This document shows, piece by piece, positions 20,412 through 30,479 of a stretch of DNA of 64,000 bases. The number at the start of each line of letters is the position of its first letter. Within the stretch, counting starts at the first letter, position 1. The stretch is taken from NCBI GenBank assembly GCA_963753345.1, contig CAVWBU010000047.1, positions 96,001-160,000 of the forward strand, read 5' to 3'. This stretch comes from an uncultured Fibrobacterota bacterium. GTDB lineage: Bacteria; Fibrobacterota; Chitinivibrionia; Chitinivibrionales; FEN-1185. Under the pieces are notes generated by a model. It was not told the origin of the DNA. It did not search any database and saw only the letters and a list, made by a program, of their open reading frames with translations. Position numbers and translations under genes: made by a program.

Positions 20412-21188
20412 TCAGGAAACCGCAGTGATGGATGGATGGTCTCCGCAGACGGGACAGGCAGGGTTGCGCCGGACATTCACGGTGCGGAACTCCATGGTGA
20501 GCGCGTCAACCGTGAGCAGCCGGTTCGCAAGAAGCTCGCCCGCATTGGCGACATACTTGACAGCCTCCACGGCTTGAATGATGCCGATCATTCCGGCAAG
20601 CGGCCCCAGTATTCCGGCCTGCGCGGTGGTCGGGACCGCGCCCTGGGGCGGCGGCGCAGGGAACACGCAGCGATAGCACGCCGATTTTCCCGGAACAACG
20701 GTCATGGTCTGCCCGGAACATTGCAGGACGCCTGCGTGCGAAAAGGGTTTGTTCGCGATCACGCACGCGTCGTTGATGAGGAACTTGGTTGCGAAGTTGT
20801 CTGTCGCGTCGATGACAAACTCATAGTCCTTGATGACGTCGCCGACGGTGTCTGCGTTCAGAAACGTCCGGTATGCATTCACGGTTATGCCGGGGTTGAG
20901 CGCCAGCATCTTTTCCCGCGCGGACTCCGTCTTGGGGCGGTCAATGTCTTTTGTAAAGTGAATGACTTGTCTCTGGAGATTGGTGATGTCCACCGGGTCC
21001 GCGTCCGCTATGCCGATCGTGCCGACCCCTGCGGCGGCAAGGTACAGTGCCGCGGGAGACCCGAGCCCGCCCAGTCCTACGACAAGCACCCTGGACGCAA
21101 GGATCTTCTCCTGTCCGTCTTCGCCGATGCCCGCAAGCAAAATGTGCCTGCCGTACCGCTTGCGCTGCTCTTCTGTCAAGCCAGCCAC
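20412..21188 (-). CDS. ThiF/MoeB family adenylyltransferase
   Basis: RYGRHILL, VGLGGLGSP, TNLQRQ, DATDNF, CYRC, CPVC. Confidence 0.92.
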   Translation of the reverse strand: MAGLTEEQRKRYGRHILLAGIGEDGQEKILASRVLVVGLGGLGSPAALYLAAAGVGTIGIADADPVDITNLQRQVIHFTKDIDRPKTESAREKMLALNPGITVNAYRTFLNADTVGDVIKDYEFVIDATDNFATKFLINDACVIANKPFSHAGVLQCSGQTMTVVPGKSACYRCVFPAPPPQGAVPTTAQAGILGPLAGMIGIIQAVEAVKYVANAGELLANRLLTVDALTMEFRTVNVRRNPACPVCGDHPSITAVS

Positions 21189-21292
21189 AGAGGCCGTCCC
21201 TTCTTTCCCGCACCCACAGAAACACGCGTTGTCTATTCAGCGCCTCAACTCGTTTACACGTTTACTCGTCAACACGTTAATGTTCCAGCGCT

Positions 21293-22039
21293 TTAGTCCC
21301 TTGCCATAGACAGAACCCGCACCCTTGTTGCGCCCGCGTCAAGCAGGGCCTGGCTGCATCGGCCCGTCGTTGCGCCGGTGGTGACGATGTCGTCCACCAG
21401 AACCACGCCTTTGTCCCTTACGAGGTCCGGCCGGGGCACGCAAAAGGCGCCTGCCAGGTTTTTAAGCCTGCCCTCCCGGGAAAGCGCGGTCTGCGTTCTC
21501 GTGGCTCTTCTTCTCTGTAAAGCACTTGCTCGAAGCACGGGCCGGCCTTCGCGGGACGCGCAGACGCCGGCCGCAAACCGCTCCGCCTGATTGTATCCGC
21601 GCGAAAGCCTTCGGAACACGTGGAGCGGCACGGGAACAACAAGGTCCATGCCGTCGAAAAAATCCGCAGGAACAAGGTTGCCGAACGTTCTGCCCATGTC
21701 GAAGGCAAGCCGCGAAAGACCGCCGTACTTGAAGGCGTGCGCGATTTCCTTGACAACGTCGTCAAAGTCGAACAGGGAGACAATCCGTTCAAACGGAAAA
21801 TCCCACGCGTGCTCGCACGCGCATACGGCAATGCGGCGGTCCTGCGCGCACCGCGGGCAGGGGTCGCGGCTGCTGTGGTTCTGCTCCAGCCGCGAAACAC
21901 ACGAGTCGCACAGCCACGGGTTTTCCCGGGCGCAGGGGCGCCTGCATGCGATGCACAGGCCCGGAAAGAAAAGGTCGCGCGCGTTGCGCAGGCCGCGGGA
22001 AAGCGTTGCCTTGACAAACGTGACAGGGTCAGGCGGCAT
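21293..22039 (-). CDS. comF: ComF family phosphoribosyltransferase-like protein
   Basis: N-terminal CxxC pairs, FKYGG, VPVPLH, RGYNQ, LVDDIVTTGAT. Confidence 0.9.
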   Translation of the reverse strand: MPPDPVTFVKATLSRGLRNARDLFFPGLCIACRRPCARENPWLCDSCVSRLEQNHSSRDPCPRCAQDRRIAVCACEHAWDFPFERIVSLFDFDDVVKEIAHAFKYGGLSRLAFDMGRTFGNLVPADFFDGMDLVVPVPLHVFRRLSRGYNQAERFAAGVCASREGRPVLRASALQRRRATRTQTALSREGRLKNLAGAFCVPRPDLVRDKGVVLVDDIVTTGATTGRCSQALLDAGATRVRVLSMARD

Positions 22040-22856
22040 TCGGGGCGCGGGGCTCTTGTGCGCCCTCGTCCCTGGAAAGAGCGTTCCGCAGGATGAGGCC
22101 GGAGAAGAGGATGAAAAACACGATGCAGATGACCTGGTTGTGGGAGAGCGGCCCCAGCCTTTCGTGCGGCGTGTAGAACCGGGTGAAATCCACGCAGAAC
22201 CGCAGCACGGAGTACATGAGGCCGGCCAGAAAAAACCGGAACCCCGCAAACGTCTTGCGTGTGCCGACGAGCAGAAGAATTATTGCCATAAGCAGCCCGC
22301 CGCCCGACTCTATGAGCTGGGAGGGAATGAGCGCGTGCGCGTGCACGTCGTGCATGTACGCGCCCGCCGGACTGTTTGCGGGAAAGCTCACCCCGCAGGC
22401 AGCCGTCGTGGCCGCGCCGTAGCAGCATCCGTTGAGAAAACAGCCGATGCGCGTGAGAAAAATGCCGAACCCGAGGCTTGCGCTCGCAATGTCGGCATAG
22501 GGAAGAAACCGCTCCTTCCTGACGCGGAAATACGCGATGGCGGCAACAATCGCGCCGATGAACCCGCCGTACATCACGAGCCCGCCTATGCCGAGGTTTC
22601 CGCCGTGGAACGGATTGAAAATGCCGGTGAGGTCTCCGGAAAATTCCTCAAAGTGAAGAACGACGTAGTAGAGCCTTGCGCCCACAATGGCCGCGATAAT
22701 CACCCAGAATCCGAGGTCAGAAATAACGTTCGGGTCAAGCCCGCTCCGCCTGGCGCGCCATGCGGCAAACCAGATGCCGAACAAAAACGACAGCGCGAGC
22801 ATGAATCCGTACGAGTGGATGGGGAACCTGAAGATGTGGAACAGGATGGGATGCAT
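22029..22856 (-). CDS. lgt: Prolipoprotein diacylglyceryl transferase
   Basis: MHPILF, IHSYG, GARLYYV, GGLVMYGG, RIGCFLNGCCYG, PSQL. Confidence 0.93.
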   Translation of the reverse strand: MHPILFHIFRFPIHSYGFMLALSFLFGIWFAAWRARRSGLDPNVISDLGFWVIIAAIVGARLYYVVLHFEEFSGDLTGIFNPFHGGNLGIGGLVMYGGFIGAIVAAIAYFRVRKERFLPYADIASASLGFGIFLTRIGCFLNGCCYGAATTAACGVSFPANSPAGAYMHDVHAHALIPSQLIESGGGLLMAIILLLVGTRKTFAGFRFFLAGLMYSVLRFCVDFTRFYTPHERLGPLSHNQVICIVFFILFSGLILRNALSRDEGAQEPRAPNAA

Positions 22857-23199
22857 GGAATGGCACTGTCCTTTCGGGAATCCGGGAATGCGACGGCATG
22901 AAGAAAATAAAACGAGCGTGATGATGAGTGGTATAGATGTTTGAGGGGAAACAGAATGAGGTTACAAGGAGGGTCGCGATGTTCGATGGTCAATGATGAC
23001 CGATGGCAATGGATTAATATATTCCCACTCTTACGTGGCAAGGCACAACCCCCCGGTTGTCGCGTTCTTGTCGTCCCTTGTTGATATGTGATAATATAAT
23101 TCCGGTCTTGATTCTATCGCCGCGAAGCGGCATTCCTGCAGGAGGGCGTTGCGGGAACGCGACACGTGCATTGCGCAAGCGATGCGCCTGGTGCGTGTT

Positions 23200-23294
23200 C
23201 CCGCTGGAGGGGGTGTGCCCCGAGACCCCGCAGACGCGTGAAGCGCGGCGAGGAGGCTTGGGGCCAGGGGGAAACGCGAAGCGGTGCCCCCACC
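23200..23294 (-). repeat. Dispersed repeat family A, copy 3 (just downstream of rodA)
   Basis: Reverse complement TTTCCCCCTGGCCCCAAGCCTCCTCG...CTGCGGGGTCTC...ACCCCCTCC, aligns with 1663-1722. Confidence 0.65.
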
Positions 23295-23313
23295 AAATTT
23301 TATTGATATTATA

Positions 23314-24591
23314 TTAAAAATCCTGCCTGCTGTACCGCGCATTGAGCAGGAACCCGAGCAGTATCGCAATAGTCAACGTAAAGGACCCGCCGTAGCTCAG
23401 AAACGGCAGCGGCACGCCCACCACGGGCATCATGCCCAGCGTCATGGACACGTTGATGAAGATGTGAAACGCCAGAAGCGACACGGCGCCCACCACCACG
23501 AGATTGGTGAACCGGTTCCTCACCACCTGCGTGGTGGTATAGCCCCGGATGATGAGAAAGAGGAACAAGAGCAGTATCGCAATGCAGCCGAACAGGCCGA
23601 ACTGCTCCCCCAGGACCGAGAAAATGAAATCGGTGTGCTGTTCGGGAAGAAACGACAGGCGCGTCTGGGTACCCTGGAGATATCCCTTGCCCATCAAATG
23701 GCCCGAGCCGATGGCCACCTTCGATTGGATCACCTGGTACCCCGCGCCCGACGGGTCCATCTGTGGATTGATAAATGAGAGTATCCGCTTCTTCTGGTAG
23801 TCCTTGAGAACACCGTTCCACGCGACCGTCGTGATGCCCGCGGTGAACAGGTTGAGCACCACCACGCCGACCAGGATGAGCATGCGCGGCCGGGCGTAGT
23901 AGAGCACGGCGCAGATAACCACGAAGAACACGCCCCACGGGATGGCCTCCCAAATGCCTCCATGCGTCCCGAACGCGAAGGCGAGAATGAGCGGTATGGC
24001 CGACAGCGCAAGAGACACCACGGGTGAAAACAGGAACAGCAGATCCAGAAACGTGAGGCCCGCCCAGTACATCATGGGCACGGCCATAAGCCCCAGGATG
24101 AGCGCGGTCCCAAGGTCGGGCTGCTTGAGAATGAGGCCGAACGGGAAAAGGATCATCACGCCGGGAAGAACAAACGAGGTAAGGTGGTCAAGCGAAATCG
24201 ACTTTGTTGAAAAATACCGGGCGAGCGCGAGCAGGAGGCCGATCTTCGCGAATTCGGACGGCTGCACGCGAAGTCCTGCGATGTTCACCCAGCGTTCCGC
24301 ACCCTTCGAGATGACGCCCGTGAAGAGTCCGTAGAGAAGAAGGAGCAGCGACGCGGCGTACACCACGTAGGCAAAAGAGAAATACAGACGGGTGGGAATG
24401 GACGTGACGACAAGGATGATCGCAAGGCCCAGCGCGATCCAGATGATCTGGTTTCTCGTCGAATGCACGAGCGGGCCCGAATCGTAGATGTGCGTGGCGG
24501 AAAACACCAGCAGCACGCCCACGGTCCACAGCGCCATGGCCGCCATCACGAGCGCAAAATCGAATTCCGTCTTTTTTTGTATTTCGGACAT
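23314..24591 (-). CDS. rodA: Rod shape-determining protein RodA
   Basis: GAERW, QPSEFAK, QPDLGT, GYQVIQSKVAIGSG, PEQHTDFIF, LSYGGS. Confidence 0.95.
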   Translation of the reverse strand: MSEIQKKTEFDFALVMAAMALWTVGVLLVFSATHIYDSGPLVHSTRNQIIWIALGLAIILVVTSIPTRLYFSFAYVVYAASLLLLLYGLFTGVISKGAERWVNIAGLRVQPSEFAKIGLLLALARYFSTKSISLDHLTSFVLPGVMILFPFGLILKQPDLGTALILGLMAVPMMYWAGLTFLDLLFLFSPVVSLALSAIPLILAFAFGTHGGIWEAIPWGVFFVVICAVLYYARPRMLILVGVVVLNLFTAGITTVAWNGVLKDYQKKRILSFINPQMDPSGAGYQVIQSKVAIGSGHLMGKGYLQGTQTRLSFLPEQHTDFIFSVLGEQFGLFGCIAILLLFLFLIIRGYTTTQVVRNRFTNLVVVGAVSLLAFHIFINVSMTLGMMPVVGVPLPFLSYGGSFTLTIAILLGFLLNARYSRQDF

Positions 24592-24601
24592 TGTTCGCCT
24601 G

Positions 24602-26500
24602 TCAATCCGCCAGCCTTGGCTTGTGCTTATCAGCAAGCGCGGTCTGCGCGCACGAGTCGGCGATCCTCTTTCCCTCCGGGTCGTGGCTGAAAAAATACCT
24701 GAGCACCGCTCCGGCAATGGGCGCGGCGATCGTGCCGCCGTGACCCGCGTTTTCCGCAACCGCCGAAACGGCGATCACCGGATTGTCGGCCGGCGCGCAC
24801 CCTATGAAAAGGGCGTGCGTCTTTTCGCCCTGCGGGTTCTGCGCGCTCCCCGTCTTTCCCCCAACTTCGACGTTGGGGACCGCGGCGCGGCCGCCCGTGC
24901 CGCCCGCGGCGAGCACTTCGATGAGCGACTTATGGAGCGTGGCAACAATGGCAGAGTCCAGATTGAGCGTCCTTGACACAGTGGGATTCTGCTGAAGAAT
25001 GGTTGTTCCGTCGCTTGAACGCACTTCTTTCATGAGGATGGGGCGGTAGATAAACGCGCAGTTTCCGAGCGCGCCGGCAAGCACGGCGAGCTGCAGCGGG
25101 GTCACCAGCTGCGTCTGGCCAATCGCCATGTCCATGTTGAGTCCCTGCGTCCACACCCAGCCCCGCGATGCGAAGCGGCGGTTGTACTCCTCTTCACCGG
25201 ACAGCCACCCGGATTTTTCGCCGAAAAGATCTATGCCCGTCACCTGGCCGAGCCCGTACATGTCGGCCGCCTTGTTGATGATTCTGTCGCCCAGCCGCAG
25301 GCCCAGTTGGTAGAAGTAAATGTCGCACGACTGCTTTACCGCTCCCACCAGGTCGAGGCTGCCGTGGCCCCGAAGGTCCCAGCAATGGGCGATGCGGCTG
25401 CCGAACCTGAAAGCCCCCCGGCACGGAGCCGGCATTCGGGATGTTCCCGTGATCTTTCCGCTTATAAGTCCGGCCGCGGCCGTGACGAGCTTGAATGTGG
25501 AGCCGGGAGGGTAGGTGCCGGCAATCGCGCGGTTGTTAAGCGGAAGATTCGGGTCGAGCGCGATCGACGCCCAGTTCTTTGAGCGTTCCGAGGCCGCGGC
25601 GGAGAAGATATTCGGGTCCGCCGAAGGGCTTGACGTCATGGCGAGCACCTCGCCGTTGCGTGGGTCAAGCGCCACGACCGCGCCCTTGAGGGTATCGGGA
25701 AACGAGTCGACCGCAACCGTCTGCAGCGCCGCATCGATGGTAAGATAGACATTGCCGCCGGGCACGGGCTCGGTGCGGGGCATGTCCTTGATGGGGCCGA
25801 GGCTTTTGCCGTACGCGTTCACCTCTATGTATTCCTGGCCATCCCGGCCGCGGAATATGTCTTCGTACTGGCGCTCGATGCCGGCCTTGCCCATCTGGTC
25901 CCCGAAATGGTAGCCGAGGTTCTTGAGGGAATCAAATTGCGTTTCGGGAATTTCGCTCATGTACCCGAGCACGTGAAACGCCTTGCTTCCCATCGGGTAT
26001 TCCCGGCGCGATTCCGTTTCCACCGTTATACCGGGCAGTTCCATGGAATGCTCCTCGACAATGGAGACGAGCTCCATGGACACGTCTTCCTTGAGCCGCG
26101 CGGGATCGAACCGCCGGCGCTGCGCGTCGCGCATGGCCTGAACGAGTTCGGTGCTGTCGAACACTGCGATGCCGCGCGAATCGCGGATCTTCGTCAGGTT
26201 CTTCACGATTTCGGAACGCTTCTTGACTTTGTAGGGGAGCACGCAGATGGAATAGGACGGCCTGTTGCGGGCGAGCACGCGGCCATTTCTGTCCAGCATA
26301 AGACCGCGCGGCGCCTTGATCACCCGCAATTGCATTCCGTTTTCCCTGGAAAGCCGGATGTTAAGCTGCGCCTGGACCACCTGAAGATAGAAGAGCCGCG
26401 CGATAAGGATGAAAAACAACGCACCCACCACGATGCTGAGCCGGAGGCTCTTGGCGGTCCGTTCCTGCTGGTCGTCCTGAAAATGCGACCGTATCGGCAT
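24602..26500 (-). CDS. mrdA: Penicillin-binding protein 2
   Basis: APRGLMLDRNG, YPPGSTFK, SCD.YFY, KTGSAQ. Confidence 0.95.
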   Translation of the reverse strand: MPIRSHFQDDQQERTAKSLRLSIVVGALFFILIARLFYLQVVQAQLNIRLSRENGMQLRVIKAPRGLMLDRNGRVLARNRPSYSICVLPYKVKKRSEIVKNLTKIRDSRGIAVFDSTELVQAMRDAQRRRFDPARLKEDVSMELVSIVEEHSMELPGITVETESRREYPMGSKAFHVLGYMSEIPETQFDSLKNLGYHFGDQMGKAGIERQYEDIFRGRDGQEYIEVNAYGKSLGPIKDMPRTEPVPGGNVYLTIDAALQTVAVDSFPDTLKGAVVALDPRNGEVLAMTSSPSADPNIFSAAASERSKNWASIALDPNLPLNNRAIAGTYPPGSTFKLVTAAAGLISGKITGTSRMPAPCRGAFRFGSRIAHCWDLRGHGSLDLVGAVKQSCDIYFYQLGLRLGDRIINKAADMYGLGQVTGIDLFGEKSGWLSGEEEYNRRFASRGWVWTQGLNMDMAIGQTQLVTPLQLAVLAGALGNCAFIYRPILMKEVRSSDGTTILQQNPTVSRTLNLDSAIVATLHKSLIEVLAAGGTGGRAAVPNVEVGGKTGSAQNPQGEKTHALFIGCAPADNPVIAVSAVAENAGHGGTIAAPIAGAVLRYFFSHDPEGKRIADSCAQTALADKHKPRLAD

Positions 26501-26509
26501 GAGAAACGC

Positions 26510-27007
26510 TCAGTTCCTTGCGCGGGGCTTGGGCAGCATGTCCCACACGTGCCACAGCCCCGCGAGGGCGATGGAATACAGGGCGCGGGGAAGGCAATGA
26601 AGAAACAGCGCGCCGAACACGACGGACAGGGGGCCGCCGAGCTTGAGTATCTGGACAAAAAGGAATGTGGTGTCGTGGATGATGAAGGCGACCAGCAACA
26701 GGGCGCTCTTGATGAGCGCATCGGTGCGCATCGTCCGCTCGTTGAAGAACCCGATAAACGCGCCGGTCATGGTGGCGGCGAGCGCGTTCTGCCCGAGCAG
26801 CGAGGGCGAATACAGGTCGAGGCCCAGGCCCAGGAAAAATCCGACGAAAATACCGGGCATCATGCCGTACTTGATTGAGAAGAAAAAGAGTGCAATAAGG
26901 GGCAGGTCCGGCCCTATCCCGGCAACGGAAATAACAGGCACGAACGACGTCTGCAGCACGAGCGAGAGCGCGAACACGATGAGCCACTTTACTGCGTGCG
27001 ACATCAT
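26510..27007 (-). CDS. mreD: Rod shape-determining protein MreD
   Basis: Hydrophobic protein with PDL and GL.LD motifs; lies between mreC and mrdA. Confidence 0.9.
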   Translation of the reverse strand: MMSHAVKWLIVFALSLVLQTSFVPVISVAGIGPDLPLIALFFFSIKYGMMPGIFVGFFLGLGLDLYSPSLLGQNALAATMTGAFIGFFNERTMRTDALIKSALLLVAFIIHDTTFLFVQILKLGGPLSVVFGALFLHCLPRALYSIALAGLWHVWDMLPKPRARN

Positions 27008-27837
27008 TTGGATTTCTCAAGGGAATCAAGTTCGTCCCTGAATGACGCCCATTGCGGCGGCAGCTTGATCACAAACACTTCCTCTATGCGGTCAAAGGTG
27101 ACTTCAAGCTTTACAAACGCCTTTTTGAAAATCGGATCGCGGCCCTCCTCGAGTTTTGTCACGACGCCTGCAAGCAGGCCCCTGGGGTAGATGCCGCCGA
27201 GCCCCGAGGTGATGATGGTGTCGCCCACGGCAAGGTCGGCGTGCGCGCGGAACATGATGGAGAATTGGCTGCCGTTTGTGGTCTCAAGGATGCCGATTTC
27301 CCGGGTGCGGCCGATCATGACGCTTGTCCGGTTTGCCGGGTCTACAAGTAATTGGACCAGGCTCATGCGGCCCATCACCTGAACCACCTTCCCCGCAACG
27401 CCGCGGCTCGTCATCACCGGCATGTAGGGAAGAATCCCGTCGTTTTTTCCCACATCGATGATTGCGCTGCGGGAAACATACGACGGGTCGCGGACCACCA
27501 CCCGCGCGGGGACGAGATCAAACGAAAACTGTCGGGTGATGCCGAGAAGGTCGGTGAGCCGCTCGTTCTCGCGCGTGTTTTCGGTGAGCCGCGCCGCCTT
27601 TACGGAAAGCGCCGCGATCTCCCCTTTTAGCCGCCGGTTCTCGGCAAAAATGTTTTTGGCGCGCGTTGTCTGGCTGAAATAGAACTGGAACGGATAGAAG
27701 ATGCTGAGCGTGAGCATGCGCGCGATGCGCTGCTGCTGAACGGCGGAGCTCGACAGCATCAGGATGCCCAGGACCGACGTCACCAGCAGGGAGGCGAGAT
27801 TGCGATGGGAAACAAAGAACCGGATGATCCACTGCAT
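27004..27837 (-). CDS. mreC: Rod shape-determining protein MreC
   Basis: EN.RL coiled coil, IDVGKNDG, TSGLGGIYPRG. Confidence 0.93.
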   Translation of the reverse strand: MQWIIRFFVSHRNLASLLVTSVLGILMLSSSAVQQQRIARMLTLSIFYPFQFYFSQTTRAKNIFAENRRLKGEIAALSVKAARLTENTRENERLTDLLGITRQFSFDLVPARVVVRDPSYVSRSAIIDVGKNDGILPYMPVMTSRGVAGKVVQVMGRMSLVQLLVDPANRTSVMIGRTREIGILETTNGSQFSIMFRAHADLAVGDTIITSGLGGIYPRGLLAGVVTKLEEGRDPIFKKAFVKLEVTFDRIEEVFVIKLPPQWASFRDELDSLEKSK

Positions 27838-27877
27838 GGTGTACTCTGGGATGGCCCTATTCAGGGCGGACCGCGCC

Positions 27878-28909
27878 TTACCGTCTCCTGCCGGTATTCA
27901 GGAGAACGGACTTGTATGTGTCAAGGTTCTCGATGATCTTGAGCGCGCCCCGCGCGACGCAGGTGAGCGGGTCGTCGATGACGTTGACCGGCAGATTGGT
28001 TTCCTGGCGCAGCCGTTCGTCGAGCCCCCGGAGGAGCGAGCTGCCGCCGGTCATGATGATGCCTTTGTCAAGAATGTCGGCAGAGAGCTCGGGCGGCGTC
28101 TGCTCCAGCGCCTGTTTCACGGCCTCCACGATGGTGGAGATGGGTTCGTTGAGCGCGTCGCGGATTTCGGTCGAGGTGATGCGGAGCGTTTTGGGAATGC
28201 CGGCGACCAGGTCGCGGCCCTTCACTTCCATCTCAAGCTCGTCTTCGAGCGGGAACGCGGAGCCGATCTGGATCTTTATCTGCTCGGCCGTGCTTTCGCC
28301 GATGAGAAGGTTGTAGGTCTTCTTGAGGTACGAGACCACAGCCTCGTCCATTTCGTCTCCGCCCACCCGCACCGACATGTCGCACACCATGCCGAACAGC
28401 GCGATCACGGCAATCTCGGCCGTGCCGCCGCCGATGTCGATGACCATGTTGCCCGACGGTTCGTCCACGGGCATACCCATGCCGATTGCCGACGACATCG
28501 GCTCAGCGACAAGGTACACCTCGCGCACGCCCGCGCTTTCCGCGGAATCGATCACGGCCCGCTTTTCAACCTCGGTAATGCCCGACGGCACGCCGATGAC
28601 GGCGCGCGGCCGGAAAAACGACGGATATTTCTGCACTTTCTTTATAAAATGCTTGAGCATTTCCTCCACGAGGTCGAAGTCGGCGATCACGCCGTCCTTC
28701 ATGGGCCGTATCGCCTCGATTTCGCCCGGCGTGCGGCCGAGCATGCGCTTGGCCTCGAGGCCGAACGCTCTGACGTGCTTGGTGCTTTTGTCAAGTGCGA
28801 CAACCGAAGGCTCGTCGATGAGAAGTCCTCTGCCGCTCACGTAGATGAGCGTGTTCGCGGTCCCGAGATCGATCCCGAGATCGTTGGAGAGAAAGGGAAA
28901 CAGAGCCAT
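27878..28909 (-). CDS. mreB: Rod shape-determining protein MreB
   Basis: GIDLGTANT, RPMKDGVIADF, DIGGGTAE, TPPELSADI. Confidence 0.97.
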   Translation of the reverse strand: MALFPFLSNDLGIDLGTANTLIYVSGRGLLIDEPSVVALDKSTKHVRAFGLEAKRMLGRTPGEIEAIRPMKDGVIADFDLVEEMLKHFIKKVQKYPSFFRPRAVIGVPSGITEVEKRAVIDSAESAGVREVYLVAEPMSSAIGMGMPVDEPSGNMVIDIGGGTAEIAVIALFGMVCDMSVRVGGDEMDEAVVSYLKKTYNLLIGESTAEQIKIQIGSAFPLEDELEMEVKGRDLVAGIPKTLRITSTEIRDALNEPISTIVEAVKQALEQTPPELSADILDKGIIMTGGSSLLRGLDERLRQETNLPVNVIDDPLTCVARGALKIIENLDTYKSVLLNTGRRR

Positions 28910-29111
28910 ACGGTAAGCCTCTATGGTCGAAACATGGTGAGAACTTAATTAAGTAAGTGCTGGCGGATAAGGCGCTTTTGGCGTTGCAAAAGAACAACTT
29001 ACGCGAATGCCGCGGCGTCAATTTCGTCGCAACAGGAAAATATACAATAATGACAACGATTCATGCCAGGAATTGTGGCGGTGCTGGAAATCACGGGCGC
29101 ACGGCGGGCCG

Positions 29112-30437
29112 TTATCGCGCCGGAGCGGCCGAGGGCGGCCTTGTCGCGCCGGAATCCGCGGGCGCGGGCTGCGGTTTTTGTTCAACCGGTTTATTCACAG
29201 CTGTTGAGTCGGATTTCGGCGCGGGCGCGGCGGCAAGGCTGTCGCTCTGAGGCAGGGCCTGCGCCGCCTTTTCGATAATCGCTGGTGAACCGGCCGCAGC
29301 CGTATCGGCGTGCGCCGGCGCAGGAGGTTGCGCCTGTGGCGGCTTCACCTCCGCCGGGCGCGCTTCGGCCGGACTGCCTGCCGCCGGTTTCTCCCCCGCC
29401 GGCGGTACGGCAGCGGGAGGTTTTTGGGGGCTGTTCTTGACAGAAGCAGCTTTTGGCCTGGGCGGCGGGAGGGTGTAGGTGAGCGCGAAGTACGGGTTGA
29501 ACTCGATGTCGCTGACAAGGGAGGTCACGTCGCACGACATGTCGAAGCTGAGCATGGCAAAGCGAAGGCCGGCGCCGAAAGAGAGAACGTCCGTTTCCCA
29601 GTTGAACCGCTTTCCTATGCGTACGGCGATGTATTTCGTGGGCCACGCCTCGATGCCGATCGGAACCGACACCCGGTCAAAAAACTGGGAGGCCGACGTC
29701 AGCTTGTTCCCGACGTCGCGGTACACGATGTCCGCGGCAACGGTGTAGGCGACCTTCAGCAGCGTGTCGGAATACGCCGCGCCAGCGCGGCCGCTGCGCG
29801 GCAGGGGCGCGCCGCCGCCGAAATATCGCGTCTCGTCAAGATCGCCCGTGGTGGAACCCAGCTGAAAAACCGCGGCACCGAGCGTCAGCTTCTGCGGAAT
29901 AAGGCGGTAGGTGAGGCCGGCCGACACCGAAATCCCGTACCCCGCGTACGACACGATTCTTTCCTGCAGGCCGTTGAGGCACAGCCCCAAACCGAGGGCC
30001 TCGCCACGGTATCCGAAGCAGAGTGACACCATGGTGCCGTCGTACGATCCCGGAACGTTGTAGTCGGGGCCGTTGCGATAGTCGGCCGGAATTATGCCGC
30101 CGATAAACTGGTTGGTAACGGCAGCGGCCGCAAACATATTGAGAAAGGTCCAGGCGCCTTCGCAAAAGGCAATGGTGTTCTCCGACGGGAGCGGCGCATA
30201 GCCGAGGTTGAGATACGGCCGATCCGAAAGTGCGGGTGACGCGGGATTGTAGGACGCGAAGCCGGAGCCAGCAAGCGCGGTTCCCGCATGACCCATCGCG
30301 ACCTGGCGCGGCGACGCAAGGAAATCGAGGAACTGGAACCCCGCCATCGACTCTTCCTCGCTCTGGCCAAAGGCACGGAAAAAGACCGCCGGAAGCAGTG
30401 CGGCAAAGAAGCAGATTTTTTTGCTTGTCCGGTTCAT
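29112..30437 (-). CDS. PorV/PorQ-like outer membrane barrel with Pro/Ala-rich tail
   Basis: Signal peptide; FQFL...SPRQVAMG.A.TA...YNPAS (PorV/FadL-like N-terminus); PLPRS.RAG.AY. Confidence 0.75.
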   Translation of the reverse strand: MNRTSKKICFFAALLPAVFFRAFGQSEEESMAGFQFLDFLASPRQVAMGHAGTALAGSGFASYNPASPALSDRPYLNLGYAPLPSENTIAFCEGAWTFLNMFAAAAVTNQFIGGIIPADYRNGPDYNVPGSYDGTMVSLCFGYRGEALGLGLCLNGLQERIVSYAGYGISVSAGLTYRLIPQKLTLGAAVFQLGSTTGDLDETRYFGGGAPLPRSGRAGAAYSDTLLKVAYTVAADIVYRDVGNKLTSASQFFDRVSVPIGIEAWPTKYIAVRIGKRFNWETDVLSFGAGLRFAMLSFDMSCDVTSLVSDIEFNPYFALTYTLPPPRPKAASVKNSPQKPPAAVPPAGEKPAAGSPAEARPAEVKPPQAQPPAPAHADTAAAGSPAIIEKAAQALPQSDSLAAAPAPKSDSTAVNKPVEQKPQPAPADSGATRPPSAAPAR

Positions 30438-30479
30438 AACCGACCTGTAAGATATATCCTTCAACGGTGAGCCTTCAAC

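Noticed and set aside
20267..20476. Shared peptide DFVQREQAVEKS..RFLKNRPRPMGV in two minus-strand ORFs
   Set aside because: This is the translation of repeat family C. The 11-nt indel between copies breaks the frame, which argues against coding.
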